From assembly GCF_000179635.2 (NCBI RefSeq), contig NC_014833.1:1440001-1472000 (forward strand): DNA of 32,000 bases, given 5' to 3'. Origin of the DNA: Ruminococcus albus 7 = DSM 20455 (GTDB taxonomy: Bacteria; Bacillota; Clostridia; Oscillospirales; Ruminococcaceae). The notes beneath the pieces are model-generated. The model made no database searches, was not told where the DNA came from, and worked only from the letters and a program-made list of their open reading frames with translations. Numbering within the stretch: the stretch's first letter is position 1; each line of letters starts with the position of its first letter. A program made the position numbers and the translations under genes. Shown in pieces: positions 8,465 through 16,451 of the stretch.

Positions 8465-9281
8465 ATGCCTGACCTCCTGTCAATTCTTTAAGTGCCGATA
8501 CTGCTGCAGCAAATGCCGCCTGCGAGTCGGGGTATACATATTTTCCGATGTTTGATTTTTTATCAGCTTCAAGATCTTCAAGTCCCTTGAATACCGAAAG
8601 ATGAGGTTCTACCGTCAGCACCTCTCCCTTATATTCTCCCAGCAGATATGCTATCTCACCCGCGCCTTTTCCTGCAGGTACCACACTGCCGTCTTCAAGT
8701 GCATCCTTGATGTGCATATATTCCACATAAGGCAAAAGCTTACTCCATGCCTCTTTAGTGTCCTGACCGCACTGGATGAAATTGGCAGGGTCGAATATAC
8801 CCTTCAGCTGCGGAAGCGCTTTGTGTATCTCCAGACATTTATCTGCAGTATCGCCGTATATTCCTTTTTCGTTTTCGTGGCACAGTATGATACCGCTGCC
8901 CTCAGCTGCTTTGATAAAGCGTGTCAGCTTTTCAAGCACAGGTCCGATCTCATCGGTGCCGTAAAAACTGAAAAGCCTTAAATGCCTGCATCCCAGTATA
9001 TCTGCGTTTTCAAGGCATCGTTTGAAGCTTTCAAGGTGCGGCTCAAAGTCATCGTTTATGCCTATCTTGCCGTAAGGTGAACCTATAGACCATACACCAA
9101 GTCCTTCTTCATCCAGCCTTTTACGTATCTGCTTCGCTTTTTGCTGAGATATATCTGCTATGTTTTCTCCGTCAACACCTCTTATCTCAAGCAGGCTTAC
9201 CCCGTTGTTTTTCATCGCATATATCTGCCCCTCAAGATCATTGGCTGCCTCATCTGCAAATGCTGCTATTTTCAGTTTCAT
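8457..9281 (-). CDS. Sugar phosphate isomerase/epimerase (xylose-isomerase-like TIM barrel)
   Basis: 274 aa. Pattern LEIRG...RLFSF...ILCHENE...MHIKD is typical of AP-endonuclease-2/xylose-isomerase-like barrels. It is translationally coupled to the oxidoreductase. Confidence 0.7.
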   Translation of the reverse strand: MKLKIAAFADEAANDLEGQIYAMKNNGVSLLEIRGVDGENIADISQQKAKQIRKRLDEEGLGVWSIGSPYGKIGINDDFEPHLESFKRCLENADILGCRHLRLFSFYGTDEIGPVLEKLTRFIKAAEGSGIILCHENEKGIYGDTADKCLEIHKALPQLKGIFDPANFIQCGQDTKEAWSKLLPYVEYMHIKDALEDGSVVPAGKGAGEIAYLLGEYKGEVLTVEPHLSVFKGLEDLEADKKSNIGKYVYPDSQAAFAAAVSALKELTGGQAYE

Positions 9282-9314
9282 AAAGATGACCTCCTTCTGT
9301 TATTTTCTGAGTAT

Positions 9315-9343
9315 ATGATATCATAATCAGATATGCATTACAA
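9315..9343 (-). promoter_or_regulatory. Candidate sigma-A promoter for the isomerase/oxidoreductase operon
   Basis: Minus strand: TTGTAA (9343-9338), 17 nt, TATCAT (9320-9315). Confidence 0.4.
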
Positions 9344-9364
9344 TTGTTGAATTATTCAAAAGTA

Positions 9365-9393
9365 TTGCAAATCGGGTCATTTTGTGGTATGAT
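9365..9393 (+). promoter_or_regulatory. Sigma-A-type promoter for the AraC-family gene
   Basis: TTGCAA (9365-9370), 17 nt, TGG-extended TATGAT (9388-9393). Confidence 0.5.
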
Positions 9394-9531
9394 ATAAACA
9401 GGGGGTGAGAGTATGGATATCCTGAATGAATTTACAGTCGGTGATATGTATATCCGCCATGCCATTGATGAAACTCCGGATGGCAGGAACTATGATCTTC
9501 ATATCCATGACAAATGTGAGATATTTTATTT

Positions 9532-9692
9532 CATGGTTATCCCTTTAACACACCATTACAAAATGCTATATAACAATGAATCATCGTGTTGATGTTATCC
9601 TTCCCCCGCCTGCGGCGGGGGAAGGATAACCGCCGAGTATTTCTAGTTCTGATATTACACCAAATTAATTGGTGTGTAAACGGGATAATCAG
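9532..9692. mobile_element. MITE-like non-autonomous element with a 9-bp target-site duplication
   Basis: Terminal inverted repeats ttatcccTttAacacacca (left) and tggtgtgtAaaCgggataa (right) match at 17 of 19 positions. Flanking direct repeats ATTTTATTT lie at 9523-9531 and 9693-9701. There is no coding capacity for a transposase. Confidence 0.75.
9594..9630. repeat. Perfect 17-bp stem, 3-nt loop hairpin inside the MITE
   Basis: gttatccttcccccgcc tgc ggcgggggaaggataac. The arms repeat the TTATCC motif of the element termini. Confidence 0.9.
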
Positions 9693-10409
9693 ATTTTATT
9701 TTATATCAGGCAGTGCCGAATACCTTGTGGAAGGTTCTGTATATCCGCTGAAAAAGGGGAGTATGCTCATCATGCGTGCGGGTGAAGCACACTGTATAAG
9801 GATCCTTCGTGCCGACAGGTATGAGCGCTATGCAATAAACTTTCCCTTATCTGCCTTTGAAAGCATAGATCCCGAGGGTATGCTGACATCCATTTATACC
9901 GCCCGTGAACTCGGTGAGAATAACCACTTTCATATGAGCGGGTATGAAGATATATTTGAGCAGATGTGTGACAGCTCGCTTGACAGCTACAGCAGACAGG
10001 TAAAGATAAAGGTAGGTATCCTGAGGATTCTTGATGCGCTCAATGATGCATCAAATAAAAAACATCATCCGCCTGCAGAAAACAGCTTTGAAGCGCAAAT
10101 GCTGAGATATATCAATGAAAATCTGTTCGATAAGCTTACAGTTGACAGCCTTGCGGAGCATTTCTTCCTTAGCCGTTCACAGTTCGGCAGAGTGTTCAAA
10201 AAAGCCACAGGTGCTTCTCCGTGGGATTATATAACTGCAAAAAGGCTCATAACAGCCAAGGAAATGATAGAGAAGGGTTACACAGCCAAAAAAGCCGCCG
10301 AGGATTGCGGCTTCAGTGACTATTCATCGTTTTACAGGGCGTTCGTCAAAAGATTCGGAAACAGCCCTAAAGGCTGATAGTTAATTATTTGATTTTGATA
10401 AAAAATCGC

Positions 10410-10438
10410 TTTACTTTTCCCGGGAAATATGATATACT
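10410..10438 (+). promoter_or_regulatory. Sigma-A-type promoter for the CPBP/tadA/DUF1294 operon
   Basis: TTTACT (10410-10415), 17 nt, TGA-extended TATACT (10433-10438). Confidence 0.5.
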
Positions 10439-10484
10439 TATCAAGTAGTGTATTTTGATCTTTATATTTGCGGGAGGTGGGTAA

Positions 10485-11648
10485 ATGGCAGGCAAAAAAG
10501 ATAAGAGCTTCGTCCGTAATGTCGCTAAGGAGCGAACTTACCGAAATCAGAACGAGGAGTATGACGACGCTTATTTCAAATGGCGTGCCGATGAGACCAA
10601 TCAGTTTTCCTTCAACTATGTACACGATTCGCGTGAACATTCATATATGGCAGGAAGAGGTTTTATAAAACACGATGCTGATACTGCCGAGAGTGAAACT
10701 CTGCATAACTGTCTGAGGCTTCTTGGTGCTGTCATGCTGGTGATGCTGCTTTTTGATGTGGTCAATTATCTGCTGGCGATATATCTTAACGGAGGCACCT
10801 GCAGCGCTGTGTTTTTTTCAAACAGGTTCTCATTCGGAGAGGCTTCGGAGTATTCCTGCATAGTTTATACCTGTGTAAGTATACTTAAATACATAACGGC
10901 TATCGTCATATATCAGGTGCGATCAAAGCTTCAGCGTAAGGTGGCTTTGCCTGCAGGCAGCGGTAATGACACGGCTGAATTCAGGGCAACGGCAATAATG
11001 ATGCTGCTTCTGATAACCGTAATGGGCAGATTTGCCAGCTTCATACTTTCTACGTTCCTCAGCGTTGTAAAGGTCGATTCGGTATATATGTATATGTTTG
11101 ACAGCAACGAGCCAATGATACAGGCGATGTCGATAGCTTACAACTGCCTCATAATGCCTGTTCTCTGTGAGATCCTTTTCAGGGGGCTGGTACTGCAGAG
11201 TTTCCGTCAGTTCGGTGATTCCTATGCTGTAGCTGTGGCGAGCATAGCCTGCGGACTCGGCTTCTACGATCTTTCGTATATAGGCTATTCCATAATCTGT
11301 TCACTGGTAATAGGCGTATTCACGGTACGTTCCGGTTCTATCGTTACTGCTATTCTTATGCATATGGTGACTAACGCTGTGAATTACGCAGTGGTATATG
11401 TAGGGCTTCTTAACCGTGGCCTGGGCCGTATACTTGCAATGGCTGTCTGCGTGCTGATATTTGCGGGCGCACTGGTGGCATATACAAGGCTCAATTACCG
11501 CAAGGGCTGGAGCTTCAACTCGGATACTAATGAATCCGAGCTGACATTCACAAGGAAGATAAAGATTATGCTGTCATCGAATACAGTGGCTATGTGGTTC
11601 GTATGTGCGCTTGTACTGACTATAGTGAATATGAGGATAGGTCAGTGA
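10485..11648 (+). CDS. CPBP (CAAX/Abi) family intramembrane metalloprotease
   Basis: Polytopic membrane protein with an E-x3-R motif (CEILFRGLVLQ) and a distal H-x3-N motif (LMHMVTNAV). Confidence 0.7.
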   Translation: MAGKKDKSFVRNVAKERTYRNQNEEYDDAYFKWRADETNQFSFNYVHDSREHSYMAGRGFIKHDADTAESETLHNCLRLLGAVMLVMLLFDVVNYLLAIYLNGGTCSAVFFSNRFSFGEASEYSCIVYTCVSILKYITAIVIYQVRSKLQRKVALPAGSGNDTAEFRATAIMMLLLITVMGRFASFILSTFLSVVKVDSVYMYMFDSNEPMIQAMSIAYNCLIMPVLCEILFRGLVLQSFRQFGDSYAVAVASIACGLGFYDLSYIGYSIICSLVIGVFTVRSGSIVTAILMHMVTNAVNYAVVYVGLLNRGLGRILAMAVCVLIFAGALVAYTRLNYRKGWSFNSDTNESELTFTRKIKIMLSSNTVAMWFVCALVLTIVNMRIGQ

Positions 11649-12121
11649 CACGGGATGAGATGTATATGCGCAAGGCACTTGAACTGGCTGCACTTGCAGC
11701 TGATGAGGACGAGGTGCCTGTAGGCGCGGTAGTTGTTAAGAAAAGCACAGGCGAGATTGTTGGCAGAGGATTCAACAGAAGGGAATACGGACGTTCTCCT
11801 CTTACCCATGCTGAGATAGTCGCGATAGATGAAGCCAGCAGAAAGCTGGGCGGCTGGCGGCTCATAGACTGTGAACTGTTCGTTACCCTTGAACCCTGTC
11901 CCATGTGTGCAGGCGCGGTGATAAACTCAAGGGTGGAGCGTGTAGTGTTCGGGGCATATGATAAAAAAGCAGGCTCCTGCGGTTCGGTGGTGGATCTTTT
12001 TGGTCTGCCCTATAACCATAAACCCGAATGTATCGGCGGAGTACTTGAGGAGGAGTGTGCTGCTGTACTGACTGAGTTTTTCAAAGGTCTGCGTAAAAGG
12101 AAGGTAAAAGTGAATGAGTAG
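11645..12121 (+). CDS. tadA: tRNA-specific adenosine(34) deaminase TadA
   Basis: HAE (LTHAEIVAI) and PCxxC (LEPCPMCAGA) zinc motifs. The start is probably GTG 11645, overlapping the upstream stop (GTGA), or ATG 11660. The ORF-track start at 11594 lies inside the preceding gene. Confidence 0.85.
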   Translation: MTRDEMYMRKALELAALAADEDEVPVGAVVVKKSTGEIVGRGFNRREYGRSPLTHAEIVAIDEASRKLGGWRLIDCELFVTLEPCPMCAGAVINSRVERVVFGAYDKKAGSCGSVVDLFGLPYNHKPECIGGVLEEECAAVLTEFFKGLRKRKVKVNE

Positions 12122-12404
12122 CAGGATATGGTTAGTATTGGCGTGTGTATACGGCATTGTAAATCTGATAGTGTTCGGTATGTACGCCCTTGATAAAAAG
12201 AAGGCGGAGGGCGGTAAATGGCGCACACCAGAAAGCAAGCTGATATCTGCCGCGATAGTTGGTATAATAGGTGCTTTGCTTGGCATGGTGGTTTGTCATC
12301 ATAAGACCCGTAAGTTAAAATTTGCTGTGGGTCTGCCGATCATTTTCTTTACAGAGGTCATAATGGTGACAATGGTATATGTTAAGTTTATACTTCCCAA
12401 ATAA
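12114..12404 (+). CDS. DUF1294 family small membrane protein
   Basis: YALDKKKAEGGKWRTPESKL plus HHKTRKLKF, the characteristic DUF1294 signature. It overlaps the tadA stop. Confidence 0.7.
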   Translation: MSSRIWLVLACVYGIVNLIVFGMYALDKKKAEGGKWRTPESKLISAAIVGIIGALLGMVVCHHKTRKLKFAVGLPIIFFTEVIMVTMVYVKFILPK

Positions 12405-12414
12405 TAATTGCATT

Positions 12415-12443
12415 GGCTGTGCACGTAAGCACAGCCTTTTTTG
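12415..12443 (+). terminator. Rho-independent terminator
   Basis: Stem ggctgtgc/gcacagcc, 6-nt loop, then TTTTTT. Confidence 0.8.
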
Positions 12444-12718
12444 TTGTGATTTTGTGTATAAAAAAATATTAATATATGTAGAGATAATCATTTTAATATA
12501 TAACTTTTGACTGAGTTTAAACAAAATTAAATGATATAAAGATGATATTTTAGCTATCATTTCGTAAAATCTCCGAAATGTACATAAAATTACTACAAAA
12601 ATGACATGATATGCTATTGTATTATCGAAAAAGATATGTTATTATAACCATAAAGAAATGTTAGTATATTTAAATAAACATAGGTGTAATTAAATTGAAA
12701 CTGTCAGGAGGTTAAAAA

Positions 12719-15328
12719 ATGAAGAATGCATTTAAACGCATTGCAGCAGCGGCTGCTTCACTGACGATGGCTGCAAGCATCAGCACAGGTATACTTACCG
12801 CTAACGCTGCTTACGGTCAGGGCGGCAACGGCACCGCCATAATGGAGTATCTTGATCGGGGTATTTACGCTATCAGGTCAGGTAACGGTATGTTCATCAG
12901 CTGGCGCTTCAACGCCAACGATTCAGATTATACCGAGTTCCGTCTTTATCGCGACAATTCTCTCATTTACACAAGCAAGGCGGGTCAGGCTACCAATTAC
13001 TGGGATGCTTACGGCTCCGATAACTCGGTATACCGTGTTGATACTGTGGTAAACGGCACAGTTAAGTCATCCGATACCAGCAAATTCACATCGGGCTCGA
13101 ATTATTTCGACATAAAGCTCAACAATCCCGATTCAAGCAAATATTCACCCAACGACTGCTGTGTGGGCGATGTTGACGGCGACGGACAGTACGAGATAAT
13201 CTTGAAATGGGATCCCAATGATTCCAAGGATAATTCTCAGACAGGAAATACCAGCAAGGTGTATATCGACTGCTATACCCTTACAGGCAAGCAGCTGTGG
13301 CGTATCGACCTTGGCAAGAATATCCGCGCAGGTCAGCACTATACCCAGATGTCAGTAGCTGATTTTGACTGCGACGGCAAGGCAGAACTCATCACCAAGA
13401 CCTGTGACGGCACTGTAGACGGAACAGGCAAGGTCATAGGTAATGCAAATGCCAATTATGTTGACAGTTCAGGTACCATTCTTACAGGTCCCGAGTATCT
13501 CACCCTGTTTGAGGGCGCAACGGGCAAGGCACTGGATACTATAGATTTCCCCGTGTCAAGAGGTACTGCAACAGGCAGCACAGCTAAAAGCACATGGGGC
13601 GATAACTACGGCAACCGCTGCGAGAGATACAACTCAGCTATCGCTTACCTCGACGGTGTTCATCCCTCGGCTGTGTTCGGCAGAGGCTATTATACTAGAC
13701 TTACACTTTCCGCTGTAGATGTACGTGACGGTAAGCTTTCAAAGCGCTGGGTATATGATTCAGGCTTCAACACAAGCGATCCCGCTTATGGTCAGGGCAA
13801 CCACAATGTAATGGTCGCTGACTTCGATAACGACAGCAAGCAGGAAGTATGCATGGGCGCATCCTGCTTTGACGATAACGGAAAATTGCTCTGGTCCACA
13901 AAGCTGGGTCACGGCGATGCTATGCACGTAGGCGATCTTGACCCCAACCGCGAAGGCATAGAGGTATTCCTCTGCCACGAGAGCGGTAATTACGGTATAT
14001 CCCTCATCGACGGCAGAAACGGAAACAAGATCTGGCACTATGACGGCGACAAGGATACAGGCAGATGCTGCGCAGATAACATCTATGCAGGTAATACAGG
14101 TGCTGAATTCTGGGGCTCAAGACCCGCAGGCGCTGTATATAATACCTCAGGCAAGCAGATAGGCAGCAAGCAGCCCTCCACCAACTTCCTGATATACTGG
14201 GACGGTGATCTGGAGCGCGAACTGCTCAACGATGTATCTATCACCAAGATGAAGGGTATAGATAATTATCAGACAATATTTACAGCAGACGGCTGTGCAT
14301 CGAATAACGGCACAAAGGCTGTACCTTGTCTGACAGCTGATATTTTCGGTGACTGGCGTGAAGAACTGGTACTTCGTACATCGGATAACTCAAAACTCCG
14401 TGTATACTGCACAAATACCGAAACAAGCTACCGCATGACTACCCTGATGCACGATATGCAGTATCGTATGCAGGCAGGCTGCGAACAGTCATCTTACAAT
14501 CAGCCTCCTCACCCCAGCTTCTATCTGGGCAGTGAAAAGGGCGTTCCCGCAAGACCCAATATCAAGCTTAACAACACTCCTCCCGAGCCTGTTAGCGGAA
14601 AGCTCGTAAAGAACTTAACTGTCAAGGATTCTGCTAATGCTTCAGGCTGGCAGCTTGTAAACAGCGCCTACACAGGCAGTCTTATCTACGGTGACAGAGA
14701 TTTCACCTATACTTCTCTTGCTTCCGACCTTCAGAACAGTGAGTATATCATGACAGCCTGCGACTCCAAGAACACTGATTCAGATCTTGCTGAATTTACA
14801 GTTGAAGAGCCTGTTGATGTATATGTAATGGTAGATACCCGTGAGGAAGAGGCTAACTCCGTACCCTCATGGCTGAGCGGCTACTCAAGAACATCACTGA
14901 CCGCAACATCAAGCAACGATGTGACTTTTGTAGCTTACAAAAAGTCATTCAACTCAGGCGACAGAGTAGTACTGGGTACAAACGGCATGACAGGTTATGT
15001 AGTTAACTACACTGTATTCGTGAAGGAGCAGTCCACACCAATGGCTCCTCCTCCTTCCGTAAGCAATATCAGAGTTAATTACAACACTCAGTACCACCAG
15101 ATACAGTTCGTCTGGGATAAGCTTTATGGAGCTGACAAATATGGTATCGCTGTATACCTTGCAGGCAAGTGGAGAGTACAGACAACCAACATCACTACAA
15201 ACAGCTACGTAACACCTAAGAACCTGACCCCCGGTATGTCCTACAGGGTAGCTATCGCAGCAAGGGTAAACGGTGTATGGAGTACTACTGAAGCTATCAA
15301 TAATGCAGTAACTGTTACTGTAAGATAA
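12719..15328 (+). CDS. Secreted rhamnogalacturonan lyase (PL11, YesW-like beta-propeller) with a C-terminal putative carbohydrate-binding module and an Fn3-like domain
   Basis: Signal peptide (...LTANA/AYG). N-terminus MEYLDRGIYAIRSGNGMFISWRF and repeated DxDGDG/FG-GAP-like calcium motifs (VGDVDGDGQYEI, ADFDCDGKAEL, ADFDNDSKQEV) as in Bacillus YesW/YesX. I saw no dockerin. Confidence 0.7.
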   Translation: MKNAFKRIAAAAASLTMAASISTGILTANAAYGQGGNGTAIMEYLDRGIYAIRSGNGMFISWRFNANDSDYTEFRLYRDNSLIYTSKAGQATNYWDAYGSDNSVYRVDTVVNGTVKSSDTSKFTSGSNYFDIKLNNPDSSKYSPNDCCVGDVDGDGQYEIILKWDPNDSKDNSQTGNTSKVYIDCYTLTGKQLWRIDLGKNIRAGQHYTQMSVADFDCDGKAELITKTCDGTVDGTGKVIGNANANYVDSSGTILTGPEYLTLFEGATGKALDTIDFPVSRGTATGSTAKSTWGDNYGNRCERYNSAIAYLDGVHPSAVFGRGYYTRLTLSAVDVRDGKLSKRWVYDSGFNTSDPAYGQGNHNVMVADFDNDSKQEVCMGASCFDDNGKLLWSTKLGHGDAMHVGDLDPNREGIEVFLCHESGNYGISLIDGRNGNKIWHYDGDKDTGRCCADNIYAGNTGAEFWGSRPAGAVYNTSGKQIGSKQPSTNFLIYWDGDLERELLNDVSITKMKGIDNYQTIFTADGCASNNGTKAVPCLTADIFGDWREELVLRTSDNSKLRVYCTNTETSYRMTTLMHDMQYRMQAGCEQSSYNQPPHPSFYLGSEKGVPARPNIKLNNTPPEPVSGKLVKNLTVKDSANASGWQLVNSAYTGSLIYGDRDFTYTSLASDLQNSEYIMTACDSKNTDSDLAEFTVEEPVDVYVMVDTREEEANSVPSWLSGYSRTSLTATSSNDVTFVAYKKSFNSGDRVVLGTNGMTGYVVNYTVFVKEQSTPMAPPPSVSNIRVNYNTQYHQIQFVWDKLYGADKYGIAVYLAGKWRVQTTNITTNSYVTPKNLTPGMSYRVAIAARVNGVWSTTEAINNAVTVTVR

Positions 15329-15390
15329 CTACAGCTTAGATGTTCGGGGATTATATACGACTTCCGAAAAAATAAGATAGAATATCAAAA

Positions 15391-15427
15391 GGGTCCGATG
15401 CATTTATGTGTCGGGCTCTTTTGTTTG
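15391..15427 (+). terminator. Probable terminator after the lyase gene
   Basis: 8-bp stem gggtccga/tcgggctc (two G-U pairs), followed by TTTTGTTTG. Confidence 0.45.
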
Positions 15428-15434
15428 TTGCGCT

Positions 15435-15477
15435 TAAACGAAAAGATCGCTGCGATACCAAAGTATCACAGCGATCT
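15435..15477 (-). terminator. Rho-independent terminator after recR
   Basis: 9-bp stem agatcgctg/cagcgatct. The minus strand then reads TTTTCGTTT. Confidence 0.6.
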
Positions 15478-15481
15478 GTTG

Positions 15482-16084
15482 TTATATCTCATTTCTGTTT
15501 TCAAGTGCTTTATACAGTGTTATCTCATCTGCATACTCCAGCTGACCTCCGATAGGCAGCCCGAATGCAAGCCTTGTGACTTTTACACCAAGAGGCTTCA
15601 GCAGCTTTGATATATAGAATGCTGTAGCATCGCCTTCCACTGTGGGATTGGTCGCCATGATGACTTCATCGGCGGTGCCTGAGTTTATACGCGCAAGCAG
15701 CTCCTTTATTTTGAGGTCATCGGGTGATACTCCGTTTATCGGAGATATCAGACCATGCAGCACATGATATACGCCCTTATACTCTCCCGTACGCTCGATA
15801 GCTGTGATATCCTGTGGACTTTCCACCACGCATATCACACCGTGGTCGCGCCTGTCATCGTCGCAGATAGGACATAGCTGTCTGTCGGTATAGTTCTGAC
15901 ATTCTTTGCAGAGGTGTACGTTTTTATGTACATTAAGTACCGCGTTGGCAAAAGCTTCAGCGTCCTTGTCGCTCATACGCATAACGTGATAAGCCAGCCT
16001 CTGGGCGGATTTCATACCTATGCCGGGAAGCTTTGCGAACTGCTCGGTGAGCAGAACGAGAGGCAGTGCGTTAGTTTCAGCCAT
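15482..16084 (-). CDS. recR: Recombination protein RecR
   Basis: HhH N-terminus, C4 zinc finger (CKECQNYTDRQLCPICDD), Toprim domain. Confidence 0.95.
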   Translation of the reverse strand: MAETNALPLVLLTEQFAKLPGIGMKSAQRLAYHVMRMSDKDAEAFANAVLNVHKNVHLCKECQNYTDRQLCPICDDDRRDHGVICVVESPQDITAIERTGEYKGVYHVLHGLISPINGVSPDDLKIKELLARINSGTADEVIMATNPTVEGDATAFYISKLLKPLGVKVTRLAFGLPIGGQLEYADEITLYKALENRNEI

Positions 16085-16087
16085 TTT

Positions 16088-16438
16088 TTAGAACAGGCCG
16101 GGGAAGGATACGCCGCCTGTCAGCTTCTGCATCTCAGCATCGCTGATCTCATCCAGGTTGTCAACAGCAGCATTGAATGCAGCCTTTACCAGATCCTGCA
16201 GATCCTCGATCTCCTCGGGATTAACGATCTCGGGAGCAATCTTCAGATCGAGAACGTTTCTCTTGCCGTTGATAGTAACTTCAACAACTCCGCCGCCTGC
16301 AGTGCCCTTGAACTCTCTCTGTTCGAGATCAGCCTGGAGTGCAGTGATCTGATCCTGCATCTTCTGAGCCTGCTTCAGCATCTGATTCATATTGTTGGAA
16401 GGACCCTTGCCCATTCCGTTGGGTACTCTTGCTTTCAT
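16088..16438 (-). CDS. ybaB: Nucleoid-associated protein YbaB/EbfC
   Basis: 116 aa with MLKQAQKMQ...GGGVVEVTINGK, located between dnaX and recR. Confidence 0.9.
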   Translation of the reverse strand: MKARVPNGMGKGPSNNMNQMLKQAQKMQDQITALQADLEQREFKGTAGGGVVEVTINGKRNVLDLKIAPEIVNPEEIEDLQDLVKAAFNAAVDNLDEISDAEMQKLTGGVSFPGLF

Positions 16439-16451
16439 CTTAATTAACTCC

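Larger units (their letters stand above)
9413..10377 (+). pseudogene. AraC/XylS-family regulator (cupin plus double HTH) interrupted by a 161-bp insertion
   Basis: The 5' part from ATG 9413 encodes MDILNEFTVGDMYIRHAIDETPDGRNYDLHIHDKCEIFYF, then reads into the insert and stops at 9590-9592. The 3' part continues ISGSAEYLVEGSVYPLKKGSMLIMRAGEAHC through the HTH region (SPWDYITAKRL). Deleting 9532-9701 (element plus one TSD copy) joins the two parts in frame, giving 264 aa. Confidence 0.85.

Noticed and set aside
15914-16447. 177-aa plus-strand ORF spanning recR and ybaB.
   Set aside because: It is antisense to two well-supported conserved genes and crosses their boundary.
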